Positions 38,001-49,187 are shown, numbered from the stretch's first letter. The stretch: 64,000 bases of DNA from Oculina patagonica (GCF_052425735.1 NC_135761.1:46438001-46502000); one strand, 5' to 3'. Notes: a model not told the origin generated them from the sequence alone. Program-made: numbers and translations.

Positions 38001-40788
38001 AGCATAAACCATGAAGGATATGAACAAATGGGATTCTGGGTAGACCGCATTGGTAAGCTTAGTAATATTCCTTTTATTGATAGTCAAGATATTTTCTTTC
38101 TTTGAGAGCCTCAAGAGCATGATTTATGCAACCTGTCTTATTATCATGTTTTTTTCTGTGACAGACACAGATTACTTTTTCTGATATCCTAGTATACATT
38201 TCGGTTGCATCGCTCATGGTTTATGCCTTTCATGGGTCAAAGATTCTTCAATCAGGTAAACATGTACACGCACAAAAAAATTAGTTTGAAATTAAAGCAA
38301 TCAACTGCACAAACCTTCTTTCCTGCGGCTCCAACTTTAGCCTTCTTAGTTCCGCGCACCTTCTTCATTCGGTTCTTCTTTTCCTTTCTTTGTTTCCGTG
38401 ATGTCTTTGGCCTTTCATATAGACCATGCTGGATAAGAAACATAAGAGAAAAAGGGTTAGTCCAAGGTAATATACAAATTTTCTTCACTGACTTCAAATG
38501 TATCCAGGATAGTAGATAAATTGGTACGTTTACTTGCCAACTGAGGCATAAACATAGTGTAAACTATTCTATGCAGGGATCCCATGTTAATATTTTTAGT
38601 CACTAGGAAAAAGATTCTCCCTGAAGGTGGTACTTTCATATGAAAGGGACGGGGATGCTCATTGAAAAATTTAAATTAAACCACTAAAGAAGACCTATCT
38701 AGGCACGGCTCAAGCTTTTTTGAATTCTAAAAATATCATTTTTCATGCTTTAATGCCAACTGCCAACACAGTGCATTTAAACATTTATGATGGCTTTTTT
38801 AAATTTCTTTCCTTGCAACCCCTTAATCAGACCTGGACAGCTTAAAATTATTGTCATTCTTTCCTGAACACCCCAAGTAAGACTAAAATCTGTTATGTAC
38901 ACCCCCCTAAGCAAGATGACAAGCATCTTCATCCCTTTCATATGGGAGTACCCCCCTCAGATTCTAATGATCAGATCTCATAGATGCTGATCAATCAAAT
39001 CAAATCAAACAAAAAACTTTATTAACTTGTCTAAAAGAAACTAAGCTGTAAGAAAACACCTCTCTACTAGTAATTGGGGACACTTAAGGATAAGTCTACT
39101 AACTATTGATAAGTTAGAGGGCCTCTAATACAACACTTCTCGGGTAGCACAACTTCCTCAGAACTCCTTAGATGATCAAACAAAGTTCTGATCGACCATA
39201 CTTAGTTGAAAATGACTTCAATCGATAAATGCTGATAAAAAGAACAACTAAACTTCTAAGATTTGATATAAGTACTGATCCATGGCCAAAATTATACTCT
39301 CAAAAATTCAAGAAAATAGATACAGTACATTGAGCATCATCAACAATGCAATTTTGTTTACAGGTAGGTGCACAAGTAATCAAAGCAAGGTTAAACTTAC
39401 TCTGGTTAAGCGGTACTTTGGTTCAAATTTTTTAGCGAAATCCAGGGAGTCGTAGATCAGTGCAAAACCTGTACTTCTGCCGCCACCATAAGCTGTTTTA
39501 AAGCCAAAGCAGAAAATCACATCTGCTGTAGTTTTGTACACCTTGGCCAACTTTTCACGGATTTCGGCCTTGGAAACATTTGGTCTTCCAGGATGAAGAA
39601 CATCGACCACCTAAGAAAATAATTTCCAATTTAGAAAATTTAACATAACATTAAAATGAACTGTATGATTATCTAATTCAAAGTCCAGTCATCTGTACTT
39701 GGCAATCAAAAAATGTTGTCGTACAAGATGGAGGCTAGCTATAAAAAGTTGTTAAATGACAGTTTTTCTAATTTAATTAAACATTCAAACTACATAAAAG
39801 TTTACAGTAAAACACAAGTGCAGCTGAATCTCATAACTCAACCCTTGATAACTCAAACCTTTTTTTTTATTTCCCATCCAGATCATTTCCCCATTAATTT
39901 TACCCTTGATAACTAAGTCACATGCTCTCTATTCTTAAGAAACACCTGGCCCCAATGGTTCAAAAGGTGGAGGAGGCTATCCACCAGATAAAACACTACC
40001 CAGTGGACAAGTGTTGCATAAAAATAGTTAACACTATGCTATCCATGAGATAGTGATTTATCCGTTGGATAGTGGTAACCACCTTTTCAAACAACCAGTG
40101 CCTGAAGTACATGGGCTTCATGTGGAGAGATACAAATTGATTCTGGCATGCACAGAAGAATACACGAACAAAACTGAGTGTGCACATGCCATACTCTGTA
40201 GATATTCCCATAAGTACCAAAAGTGGCCTTTAGCACGAGATACCTATATTCGAGACAGTACCACGACAGATTTATATGCCACTGTCATTCAAAATAGCGT
40301 CTTATATTTGTCTTAATGACAACAAAGAACTATAACAAGTGTATATATTACCATTTGCTTCCTCTGAAGCAGGCGGTTTGTGAGGAACTTTCGTGTCCTG
40401 ATAGTAGCTGTACCGTCGCTCTGTAACAAAACACATAAGCCTTCGATCAGAATGATTTAAGCTAATTCTAAAATCGTTTCTCCCTTTCAAGAAGTATTGT
40501 GAGTATTCGGATTAAAGGAGATAAACATAACTTTACTCATAGAATATAAATCGAAATAAATGAAATTTGCGCCTTGATAAAATCATGAAATCAGCATTCA
40601 CGAATGTCCCATGTTATCGAACTTCAACAACTCGTTAAACCATATTCGGTGAATAAAAAGTTCAAAAAATACTTTAATTTTGTCAATCAGTATTTCTTGT
40701 TTGTTACAACCAAAATTAACTAAAAAGTAAAGTAAGATGCAAGCGTATTGCTCGGATTATCTTTCCCTCTTCGCGTCGAACTCACCAT
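35060..40788 (-). CDS. RPS24: 40S ribosomal protein S24 (eS24), 132 aa
   Basis: Coding exons: 40788-40786 (ATG only), 40420-40352, 39610-39401, 38428-38315, and TGA at 35062-35060 after a strong polypyrimidine acceptor, with ATTAAA near 35012-35017. Product [47 protein letters not shown]...[16 protein letters not shown]. The choice of last exon is less certain than the rest. Confidence 0.93.
35356..37178. mobile_element. 1.8-kb non-autonomous TIR element in the RPS24 last intron
   Basis: TIR CAAGGCTGTGCTCTA/TAGAGCACAGCCTTG; TTAAC duplicated; GGGCGACC subterminal motifs. Confidence 0.8.
37248..37484. repeat. ~119-bp tandem duplication
   Basis: TGTGTAAACTATACACACTGAAATTTCTAG...TATTACATGT occurs twice consecutively. 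Confidence 0.85.
37970..38257 (-). other. Intronic long RNA stem enclosing a candidate alternative RPS24 3' exon
   Basis: Arms at 38257-38214 and 38014-37970; the loop contains cag|AAA AAA ACA TGA TAA TAA (from 38155) and AATAAA (38078-38073). Confidence 0.55.
40139..40248 (-). ncRNA. Candidate intronic H/ACA-like snoRNA in RPS24 intron 2
   Basis: Hairpin (UAGGUAU/AUAUCUA lower stem, GUGCUAAAG/UUUUGGUAC upper stem), box H AGAGUA (40197-40192), second hairpin (GGCAUG/CAUGCC), then AGA instead of ACA. No target identified. Confidence 0.3.
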
Positions 40789-40864
40789 TTTGCTCAGGCA
40801 GACATTAAAGAGGACGAAAGCGAGGCCGAGAACCGGCTTTGTAGCCTGGCCTTCTTTATCAAAG
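40789..40864. promoter_or_regulatory. Ultra-compact bidirectional promoter/5' leader region between RPS24 and Bmt2-like, with TCT/5'TOP-like tract
   Basis: Only 76 bp separate the divergent ATGs; minus-strand pyrimidine tract CCTCGCTTTCGTCCTCTTT (40825-40807) precedes the RPS24 ATG. Confidence 0.7.
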
Positions 40865-41755
40865 ATGGCGGACGACGTGAACGCTGTTTCTGCTGGGAAC
40901 ATTTCAACAAAACACTGTAAAACGCAGAGGCAAGATAAAAATACAAAAGCTAAAAAGAAAAAGAAGAAATCAAAGAAGCCTATCGTGGAAGTCAATTCAA
41001 GAAAAGATCGGAAAATTATAACTGAATATCACACGTTGAACAAGAGAATTGACTCGGTACGAAGGAATCCATCAATTCATAAAGAAGACAAGGCTTCCCA
41101 AATTGCGACACTCGAGGCAAAAAAGGAAAAAATCGGAGGAATAAATGCTTATCAAAAGGCGTCCAGACTTGGCGAAGCTCGTCATGGAAGTTTCAACTCG
41201 GCAAAATGGGTTCTGAAACAGATGAGAGCCTTCAATGTTCGGGAGTTGAAAGCTAGCAGGACAAAAGTTGGAGATGAAAAACTTAGACTACTTGACGTTG
41301 GTGCTCTTGATAATAATTACAAGAAGTACTCAAAATGGATACAGTGCACACCTATCGACTTAAATCCTCAAAGTAACGAGGTTATAAAGGCAGATTTTTT
41401 AAAACTCGATGGCAAGGAAATCTATGATGTTGTGGTTATGAGTTTAGTTATCAACTTCGAAGGAGACATTCGTAAACGAGGTGACATGCTCCGGAAATGT
41501 CGAGAACTTGTAGTGGATCAAGGATACCTATTTATTGTGCTCCCACTTCCATGTTTGAATAATTCACGCTACTTAAATGAAGAGCTTTTAATTTCAATGC
41601 TGGGAAGTCTTGGGTTTGATATCTGCACCCGCCATAGCAGCAAAAAATTGAGTTTTTTCATGTTTAGAAAAACTCACCAAGTTCAGGTCAAATCATTCCT
41701 TAAGAAAGTGTTAAGGAAAGGTGGAAACCATAACAATTTTGCAATTGTGCTCTGA
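40865..41755 (+). CDS. BMT2: Bmt2-type large-subunit rRNA (adenine-N1) methyltransferase, intronless (296 aa)
   Basis: ATG in AAGATGG context at 40865; lysine-rich N-terminus; IITEYHTLNK, IGGINAYQKAS, SAM motif I LLDVGAL, YDVVVMSLVINF, GYLFIVLPLPCLNNSRY and C-terminal NNFAIVL, all resembling yeast Bmt2 as recalled. Confidence 0.85.
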   Translation: MADDVNAVSAGNISTKHCKTQRQDKNTKAKKKKKKSKKPIVEVNSRKDRKIITEYHTLNKRIDSVRRNPSIHKEDKASQIATLEAKKEKIGGINAYQKASRLGEARHGSFNSAKWVLKQMRAFNVRELKASRTKVGDEKLRLLDVGALDNNYKKYSKWIQCTPIDLNPQSNEVIKADFLKLDGKEIYDVVVMSLVINFEGDIRKRGDMLRKCRELVVDQGYLFIVLPLPCLNNSRYLNEELLISMLGSLGFDICTRHSSKKLSFFMFRKTHQVQVKSFLKKVLRKGGNHNNFAIVL

Positions 41756-43732
41756 GAAATTGAGTGTAGTTTGTAATGTGTTTGTAACTTTTACATGTAT
41801 ATCTCAAACGACTCTCTTTATACTAAATGCTTCTTGCACTTATGGCAGTGTAAATCCCCCCTGAACCAGTTTTATGTGTCAGGAAGAGATCTAGCTAAGA
41901 GGACCATGGCAGTTGCAGCAAGAGTACAACCAGGTACATTAATCTAAAAAATTCCAAACCTTAAAAAAATCCCATATACAAAAAGTGGCCCTGTAGCCTC
42001 CTTTCCTGCACTTGAGCTAAATGAAACCATGAATATTGAAGCCAGTGTCTGTATTGAAACCTGGTTAATACTTGAAACAAGCATAAGCTCAAGCATACCC
42101 ACGAGGATGTTCACACTTCCATTATGAACAAGCATGAGTCGACAAGTAAACGCAGTGCTTTAGAAGCTTAGAAATTCTGATGAACATTGCATGGTCAAAA
42201 AATTTCTCGCACAAATTATGAATTGTTCACATGTAATTACGCCATCTGTACCAAGCACTTAGTGGTTAGTTTTTAGTATGTTTAGCGGTCAGTGATTAGT
42301 GATCTGATGTTCCTGGTTGTAGTTATTGTTTATTAACTTGGATTTGGTTACATTTACAATATTCTTCTTAGTCCCGCGCTTGGGCGGGCGGCGAAGTTGA
42401 ATTCATCCATGATTCGTGCAAGCAATTTCAACCACAGCGCACATCCCTTAGAAGTGTTATGACATAGTTAACTGTGGTTTATATGGCCACTGCATGATGG
42501 GAGTCAACAGCCAAATCTTGTGCGTGTGCTTACTTCACGCCCGGGGCCGGATTTCACACCAGATTACTCGTGAAATAAGCACAAGCACAAGAAAGAAAAA
42601 GATTTCTTTTCATGCCGATTCGCACACGATTTTTCTTATGCTCATGCTTCTGCTTCAGTCTGCTTATTGTACAAGTGTGAACCATCCGAGATTAGAAATC
42701 TTTTTCTGTCGTCTAGCATTGTTCTACCTCCGGAATTGATTTAATACACGTACAATAGACCTTAAACGTTACTGCACGCTTCCCAGTACCGTCTTTGGTC
42801 CTCAGATTCGATCAAAATATGCTAGGTAAACGAAATGAAACGCGAATTTTATGGGTCAGAATTTTTGGACATCAGATAAGAATAGATTCCGCATATATAC
42901 AGAATTGTTTTTGCGCTATGTTCGTCCCAAAAAAGAAACTTTTAATCTATTTTTAGACAAAACACAAAAATTACTAGGCCGTAGTTAGATAAATGTAATT
43001 ATTCTTTATTTAACTAGTTCCCTTTTAAAGTACCTATGTCAAATTAAAAATAGTGTAATTTAATTCTCATTTCATTATTTTATGTACAATTGAAACATTC
43101 TCGGTCATGATGAAGTGACATACGGTCCTCTTCATAAAAGTATGATATGCTAACAAAAACTCACGAAGATCAAACGTCACAATAAAATATAGCTTCCACT
43201 GAATTATATTGAAGCGTAGTGATAACGCCACTAGTCGCGGGCGCGAAATGTAATTTTTTTTTTTTAAATAGTTCATATTCTCGCAAACTAAAACCGAATC
43301 ACTCAAAAATATTAGTATGACTGTATCATAAAACTAAGCTTCTACCGTTTCATTATAAATGATAATATACAAGGGACAATGAATTTTAGTGTGCTTTATA
43401 ATGCACAATGATTGCGTCAGTTTGCGTGTGGATCACTGAAGCTGTAAAAATGTTTTCAGAAAGTTTGTTAGTTTATCGCCAGACAATGGCGAATTTCTCG
43501 ACAACACGAGTGTTGCTGCTGTGATTAAAAAAATCAAAATCAAAATTACTTCTGTTATCTCGAGCTCGTTCTCTTCTTTCTTTTGTACCTTGTGACTTCC
43601 TCCCTTGAACACTACTAGGCTTTTTTAATTCAATATGACTGTCTAAGAGTTTTCTATAAATAAGGCTACGTATAAGTTTATTGCTTCACGTCTTTCGTAC
43701 AACTAAAGTATATTGTAGTTAAGCTGATGTAA

Positions 43733-44013
43733 TAGAGCAGTTTTCAATTGAGTGTCCTAACACCAAAAATAAAGACACTACTCTGGCCAATCACAAAGGA
43801 CATAGAAAATCGAGTGAGCCAATCAAAACTCGAGGCAAATACATGTAGTCAGCACGAAGCGCGGGAAAACGTGCACAGCCGAAAGACGATTGTTTTTTTT
43901 TTTTTGGTTTCAGTTTTGATTGGCTGAGAAAGTGGCGCGAGATTTTTAGACCAATCACTTAGCATAGTAATGCAAAGCCAAAGAAAACGCAGATTACTTT
44001 CGACACTCAAATG
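43733..44013. mobile_element. MITE with CCAATCA motifs
   Basis: AGAGCAGTTTTCAATTGAGTGTC ... GACACTCAAATGAAAACCGCTCT inverted ends. Confidence 0.75.
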
Positions 44014-44118
44014 AAAACCGCTCTTAAAAGACAGCTTTTGTCTCCCGAGATTTACAACAGAGGATTGCAAAGGTGACTTTTCGTCCAGCGTTGGAGTTTC
44101 CCTCTATCACGAGGAATC

Positions 44119-47100
44119 TCATATAAGCGTATGCCATTGTGCTACAGGGTTTCGTGGTGAAGAAATCATATCGTTCCAATGAGAAAGCCCCTGACCCGTA
44201 GAATACATGTACGGCCCCACAACTGCTCGACCAATCAGCTTCTTGGATCCTCCGAGCCTCGGTACCGTGTACACAGATAACATGAAACTCACGCGATCGA
44301 GGCATGAGGGGAGAATGGTGAAGACAAATGCTTCGTTGTACACTGGACAGGCATTTTTCTTGTTAGTGACTGTTTTTCGCTTTTTTAACGTTTTTCCTCC
44401 CATTATCATGGAAACTTTGACATATGGATCTGAAAAATTAATTATACGTTTGCATAAATTTATTAGTTTCAGTTACATAGTACCAGAAATGAAGTATTCT
44501 TTCAAGCCATCAGAAAAGATGTAAGGAGGATATATTTGAGAGCTTCCCAGGGGTTTTAGGAACTAGTAAACACGGTTATTTATTTCATGGGAACAAGAGA
44601 TATTTTTATTATTTTAAGGGAACAAGGGTTATCAACTTAACAAATAGATTCCATTTTGCCGTGCGTCTGTTCAGTTATAGATCACAGATGACGTCAAAAT
44701 GTGGTATGAACTAAAGAAGTGGCCCACGAGCCGAAGGCGAGTGGGTCACTGATGTTCATACCACATTATGACGTCTTCTGTGATCTATAACTGAACAGAC
44801 CCACGGCAAAATGGAATCTATTTGTTTTATATAATAACACAAGACTTCAGCACACTTCAGTGTGAGCAATGCCGCCGTGCCGATGAGCAAAGTTGTTTTG
44901 ATTTCACTATTAAGTTTTCGTTAACACAAAGCACTGTTAATCCGATTGAATAAACAGAAAAATGGTCAATTGAAAGTCGATGAAAAAACTAACCTTTATT
45001 CCGATTTGGAAAGTTGTTCAAATCTGAAAGCATTAACCGAAGCATTCAACCGCAATTCGTTTGTTTCCCGTGGCGTCGTCCAACTGTACAACATCGGTCA
45101 AACTTTCATACAGATTTCGGATAATTTCTCGAATAATTCACTGTCTTCTTCAAGCTTGTTTCGCCCAGTTAAATGCTTTGAAAGGTGAACGATGCTTGGC
45201 GTATTGTTTCTCACTGAAGATTTGTAATTAAGCTGAACTTTTTTGCTTTGTTGTGGCCCCGCAAGTTTGTAAAACTTTGCCGACATCTCTGATTTGGACT
45301 ATGAACTCTGATCACGCGCGCGAGTCACACCACCGCGTGACGTCATCTATGTGTCTGTACTCTAATAGATCATAAGTAAGAACCAATCAAAATGCACGTA
45401 GAATTCAGGTTATTATATAAACTATTATAGTCACGAACTTTCCATAAAAATTTTAGGCAGCAAGTTATCGAATTTATTAATGGGTAACAAGGAAGAAAAT
45501 GCAATTTTTTAGGGATCAAGGTAACATGTAGCCTCTCTTATGGGAGGCTTTCACATCCGATTATATCAGTAAAATCTTTTTCAAGTTGCAAATAGGAAAT
45601 CGTATCGTTTTCATTTTTAATTTCTGCGTGTTCTAACACAACTCACCCATATCTGTGCCTTCTCCGTGTAACTTCAGATCTTTAGCTTTGAGGACAGCTA
45701 CTGTAAGTCTACATGACGTGGGAAGAAACTGAAGGGAAAACAGTAATTCTCCTTTGTCTACTCCTTTCTGTGGAAAAAAAACAAAATTCAAGAATGTCAC
45801 GCGGTCGATTAAAGCTTATAGTTGACTTAAGATTTAACCGTCATGTGACAAAATATGAATCGTTCCTTCTATCATAGCAGCCCTAGCCTTTCTAAAAGGG
45901 CGGGGCGGAATTCAATCACGTCCGAAATCAGTCATTCAAGAAAGGTCGTTATACAGCCGTTTATGCAGAACTTATGTGTATGTAACGTTTAAGAAGGAAG
46001 AATTTCTTGAAGAACCTCGCGGATGTCATTTTATTCTGCTCTTTCCTTGATTTTCTTAAGGATTCTGTTGTCAAGAATCGCCATTTGCAATATTTCAATC
46101 TCGAAAGAGCGAGGGGTTCTAGAACCCCTGGAACCCTCCCGTTAAAGACCTATGCGTAGCCCCTTCATCTCGCTCCCTCAAATGGCTGATAGAACCTTTG
46201 CCTGTGACGTTCTCTACACCATTTTTGGGTGCAAAATGTCCTGACTATGATCTTAGTTAGATTTTAAACACATAGAAACGTACACTTTACTATTAAACTG
46301 AAAAGTGATGGCCTCAATGGGACGGTCGTTTAGAGTCCAATTTATGAAACCTGCATTAAAAAATAAGAAAACGGATATCATTCAGATCATCGGTACTAAA
46401 ACTAATATTACCAACCTTCAAATCTTCATTCTTGATATCGACCCAGATCTCTCCCGTCCCTTGAGGTAACGCCACCACATTAACGCCTTTCAGGGGATAC
46501 ATCACGTGACCAATGACCTGTTGGCGGGAAAATCGGTCAAACTCGCAAACCGTAAATTCCAGCGTTCTGTTGGGCAAGTCTTCAGATGAAACCATGAATA
46601 CAAAATCTTCAAAGAACTGTGGATTTGAAGTTCTGCGGAGCACTTTTGACTGAACTTTGTACTTCTTGTCCGGAAGAAGAAAGATTTTCACGTAGGGTGT
46701 CACTGTGACGTTTTCTCCTATTGGAGTGAGGCGCGTGGCTCGAATGAGACAGACCATAAGTTCCTCATTGAATTTGTCGTAGCGTAAAGAAAAGCAGAGT
46801 CTAGCTGAGCCCATGAATGGCGACCCTCCCTCGTCATTGTCTCTAAAGAAGAAAGAAAACGTCATTAAAGATGTGAATATTGTTCATCGTGGTGTAAGAT
46901 AGGTAATGAACGTTTATTCGTTTGTCTCACGATAGAATCGCTTTGAGATGTTATCTGACACAACTTTTCGGTCTTACTTAGTACGACCGAAAGACGCCCT
47001 AGAACCAGGCAAACAAGAAGGTGTTGTATGCAAAATTCCATGTGAATGCGGCAAAGTATATATAGGGGAAACAGGGAGAGCGATGCAAGACAGGATAAAA

Positions 47101-48450
47101 GAACACGACAGAGACATAAGGCTTGCTCATACACAAACCTCCGCAGTTTCGGAGCACGCAAACGAAACCGGGCATATTCCTTTATGGAATCAAGTCAAGT
47201 TTATCGATCGTGACCCTCACCGATACACACGCAGGGTCAAAGAGGCTATCCAAATAAGACTTCATTCTAATAACATCAATAGAGATAGCGGAATTGAAAT
47301 TCCTGAAGCATGGATACCTACGATCAGAAAGCATAACAGCCGTTCAACTACAAAGCGGACCTATGATGGAACATCATCTGTTAGTCGGAATAATAATGAG
47401 GATCGAAATGCACCAATCCCAGCGAACCAACGTGCATAAATAGCGACGCGTAAACAATCGACCTCATCGCCTGATGAAGACTAGCAGTATTGCAGTCGAA
47501 ACGTCGCGATCAACATCTCAAAGCGATTCTATCGTGAGACAAACGAATAAACGTTCATTACCTAAGAAAGAAAACATTGCGAAATTTTAACATGTACAGT
47601 TTTTGGCATCATGGTTTAGTGATTTTTATGACATTTTATTGTTCCCGTTAATAAGAGTAAAAAATAATAGCCTTGGTATTTTCCCATTTCCAATCACATA
47701 ACACATCATCTCTTGATACCTTAAATGTTGCTTCGTTTTTGTTAAAAAAATTCAATTGAAGAATCAAATTGCAAAAACACCTTTAAAGGCCATTACTATT
47801 GCGCCATTTTACCATTATAGGGCAAAAGAACGCGCAAAATATGCCGCGTTATTACACTGTAGAACAGGGCAAAAATACGGGCGGACAAACTTACGAATAC
47901 GAGCGCAAGCTTAGTGGAAAAAATAGTAGAACATAATACGAGCGGACATTTTGCTCAAGCTTGTATTTTTTCCTCGCCCCTACTGGGCACCTCGCAAAAT
48001 ATTCGCGCGTATTATACAAAACCATCGAATAAGGTGTATATATTTTCCCCGTATAGCCCTCACGCCTGGGTAATAAGAATATTTGAAGCCATCTCGTTCG
48101 CAGACCCTAAGTCCTAATGTCAGCGGAGACTAGGTATTTTCGCCTTCCGCTGACTTATAGTAGCCAAGGCTCTGCTGAAAGATAATGGTATATGACATAA
48201 CCACAATACCTATAAATCTTTGGATCCAGATATTGATCTATTTCATAGTGTTCTTGCTGTGGATATCTTGTTTGCGTTGGAATCACGTGGGAATCCATTT
48301 TGGGTGACGGGATTTTGAATGGCACGCGAGGCACCGTTTTTTCTGGCTTTTTGTCGCGTTTACTCCTAGCCCTGCTACGCGCGCGGCATATGAGGAGAAG
48401 GACAACCACACCAAAAATGATTCCACCGGCTACAGCCACGAGAATAAATA
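44119..48450 (-). CDS. Synaptotagmin-15-like protein (TM + C2A + C2B), 5' end incomplete
   Basis: Exons 48450-48210 (TM FILVAVAGGIIFGVVVLLLIC), 46842-46416 (C2A), 45767-45647 and 44429-44119 (C2B, GRAVVGPYMYSTGQGLSHWNDMISSP..WHTL, SYT15-like); phases 1/2/0/1 are consistent. Possible 33-nt exon at 48622-48590; candidate upstream exons near 51332-51245 and 52260 are not phase-resolved. Confidence 0.85.
44638..45421. mobile_element. Repeat with a terminal ~190-bp hairpin
   Basis: AACAAATAGATTCCATTTTGCCGTG...CACGGCAAAATGGAATCTATTTGTT (44639-44826), apex GAGCCGAAGGCGAG; adjacent segment bounded by TTATATAATAA/TTATTATATAA. Confidence 0.7.
46861..47563 (+). mobile_element. 5'-truncated Penelope-like retroelement (GIY-YIG fragment, inverted pLTR piece, hammerhead)
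   Basis: ORF 46948-47439 GVVCKIPCECGKVYIGETGR...RIKEH...SAVSEH...KEAIQI...NRDSG; inverted repeat 46900-46952 / 47512-47564; 12-bp TSD AAGAAAGAAAAC (46849-46860 and 47564-47575). Confidence 0.92.
47466..47510 (+). ncRNA. Minimal type I hammerhead ribozyme of the Penelope pLTR
   Basis: ATCGC-CTGATGA-AGACTAGCAGTATTGCAGTC-GAAAC-GTC-GCGAT; stem III reduced to the palindrome ACGT (dimer-type). Confidence 0.8.
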
Positions 48451-48708
48451 CTGAAAAGAAAACAAGGGAAAATATACTGTTATGAACGTAGTCTACAGGT
48501 AGTCCACTTGTATACAGTATATTATTTATCCCAGATATAACGGACAATTCTTTTACAACCAGTAGAAGGTATTGCGGAGTGAATTTTACCATCAAGCAAA
48601 CCCCAATTTAGAAAATTCTCTACTGCAAGAAACAAACCTGTCCCAGTGGAAAATAAATTGTAAACCGGACTTGGATTCAAATTCCCGCCAAACGAGTGCT
48701 CACTTGTA

Positions 48709-48827
48709 CATACATACATACATACATACTTTATTATCTTTCCCCATGGGGGCTTTTCGAAGATAATATGCTATTAAAATCAATAATATTACATTCTACT
48801 AAAATTAAAATTTAATTTAGATAATCT

Positions 48828-48884
<57 letters not shown>

Positions 48885-49187
48885 TATAATCTAATTTAAA
48901 TAATCACGAATTTAAAAACTCTTCAATTAATTTACGTTTCAATGCCTTTTTAAAAATTGAAATAGATCTACTGAGTTTTAAAGTAAGGTCCAATGAGTTC
49001 CAGATGGTAGTTGTCCTGTAATAAAATGTTCTTTGCCAGTAGCAGTTCTGAGTAGAGGAATTTTTTTTGAGAGCCTGTGGTACGCGTGCTTATGTCTGCA
49101 CGTTTGATAAAAATAGAGGTCAAATAGTCAGGAGCACATCCCGTCATGCACTTGAAGGCTAAAGTGGCGCTTCGATAGTAAACTTGT
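48709..49187 (-). mobile_element. 3' end of a CR1/L2-group LINE with microsatellite tail
   Basis: Minus-strand translation YYRSATLAFKCMTGCAPDYL...RTFYYRTTTIWNSLD...SIFKKALKRKL (frameshifted), followed by (ATT)n and a (TATG)n tail. Confidence 0.75.

Noticed and set aside
38252-38314. Read-through C-terminus of RPS24 ([10 protein letters not shown]...)
   Set aside because: It follows a GT donor at the conserved GKK junction and is intronic.
38490-38600. Hairpins ending in ACATTT in RPS24 intron 3
   Set aside because: No box H in the hinge and no pocket geometry; insufficient for a snoRNA call.
40748-40864. 39-codon N-terminal extension of the Bmt2-like ORF in the supplied track
   Set aside because: It starts at TTG inside RPS24 intron 1; the first ATG in good context is 40865.
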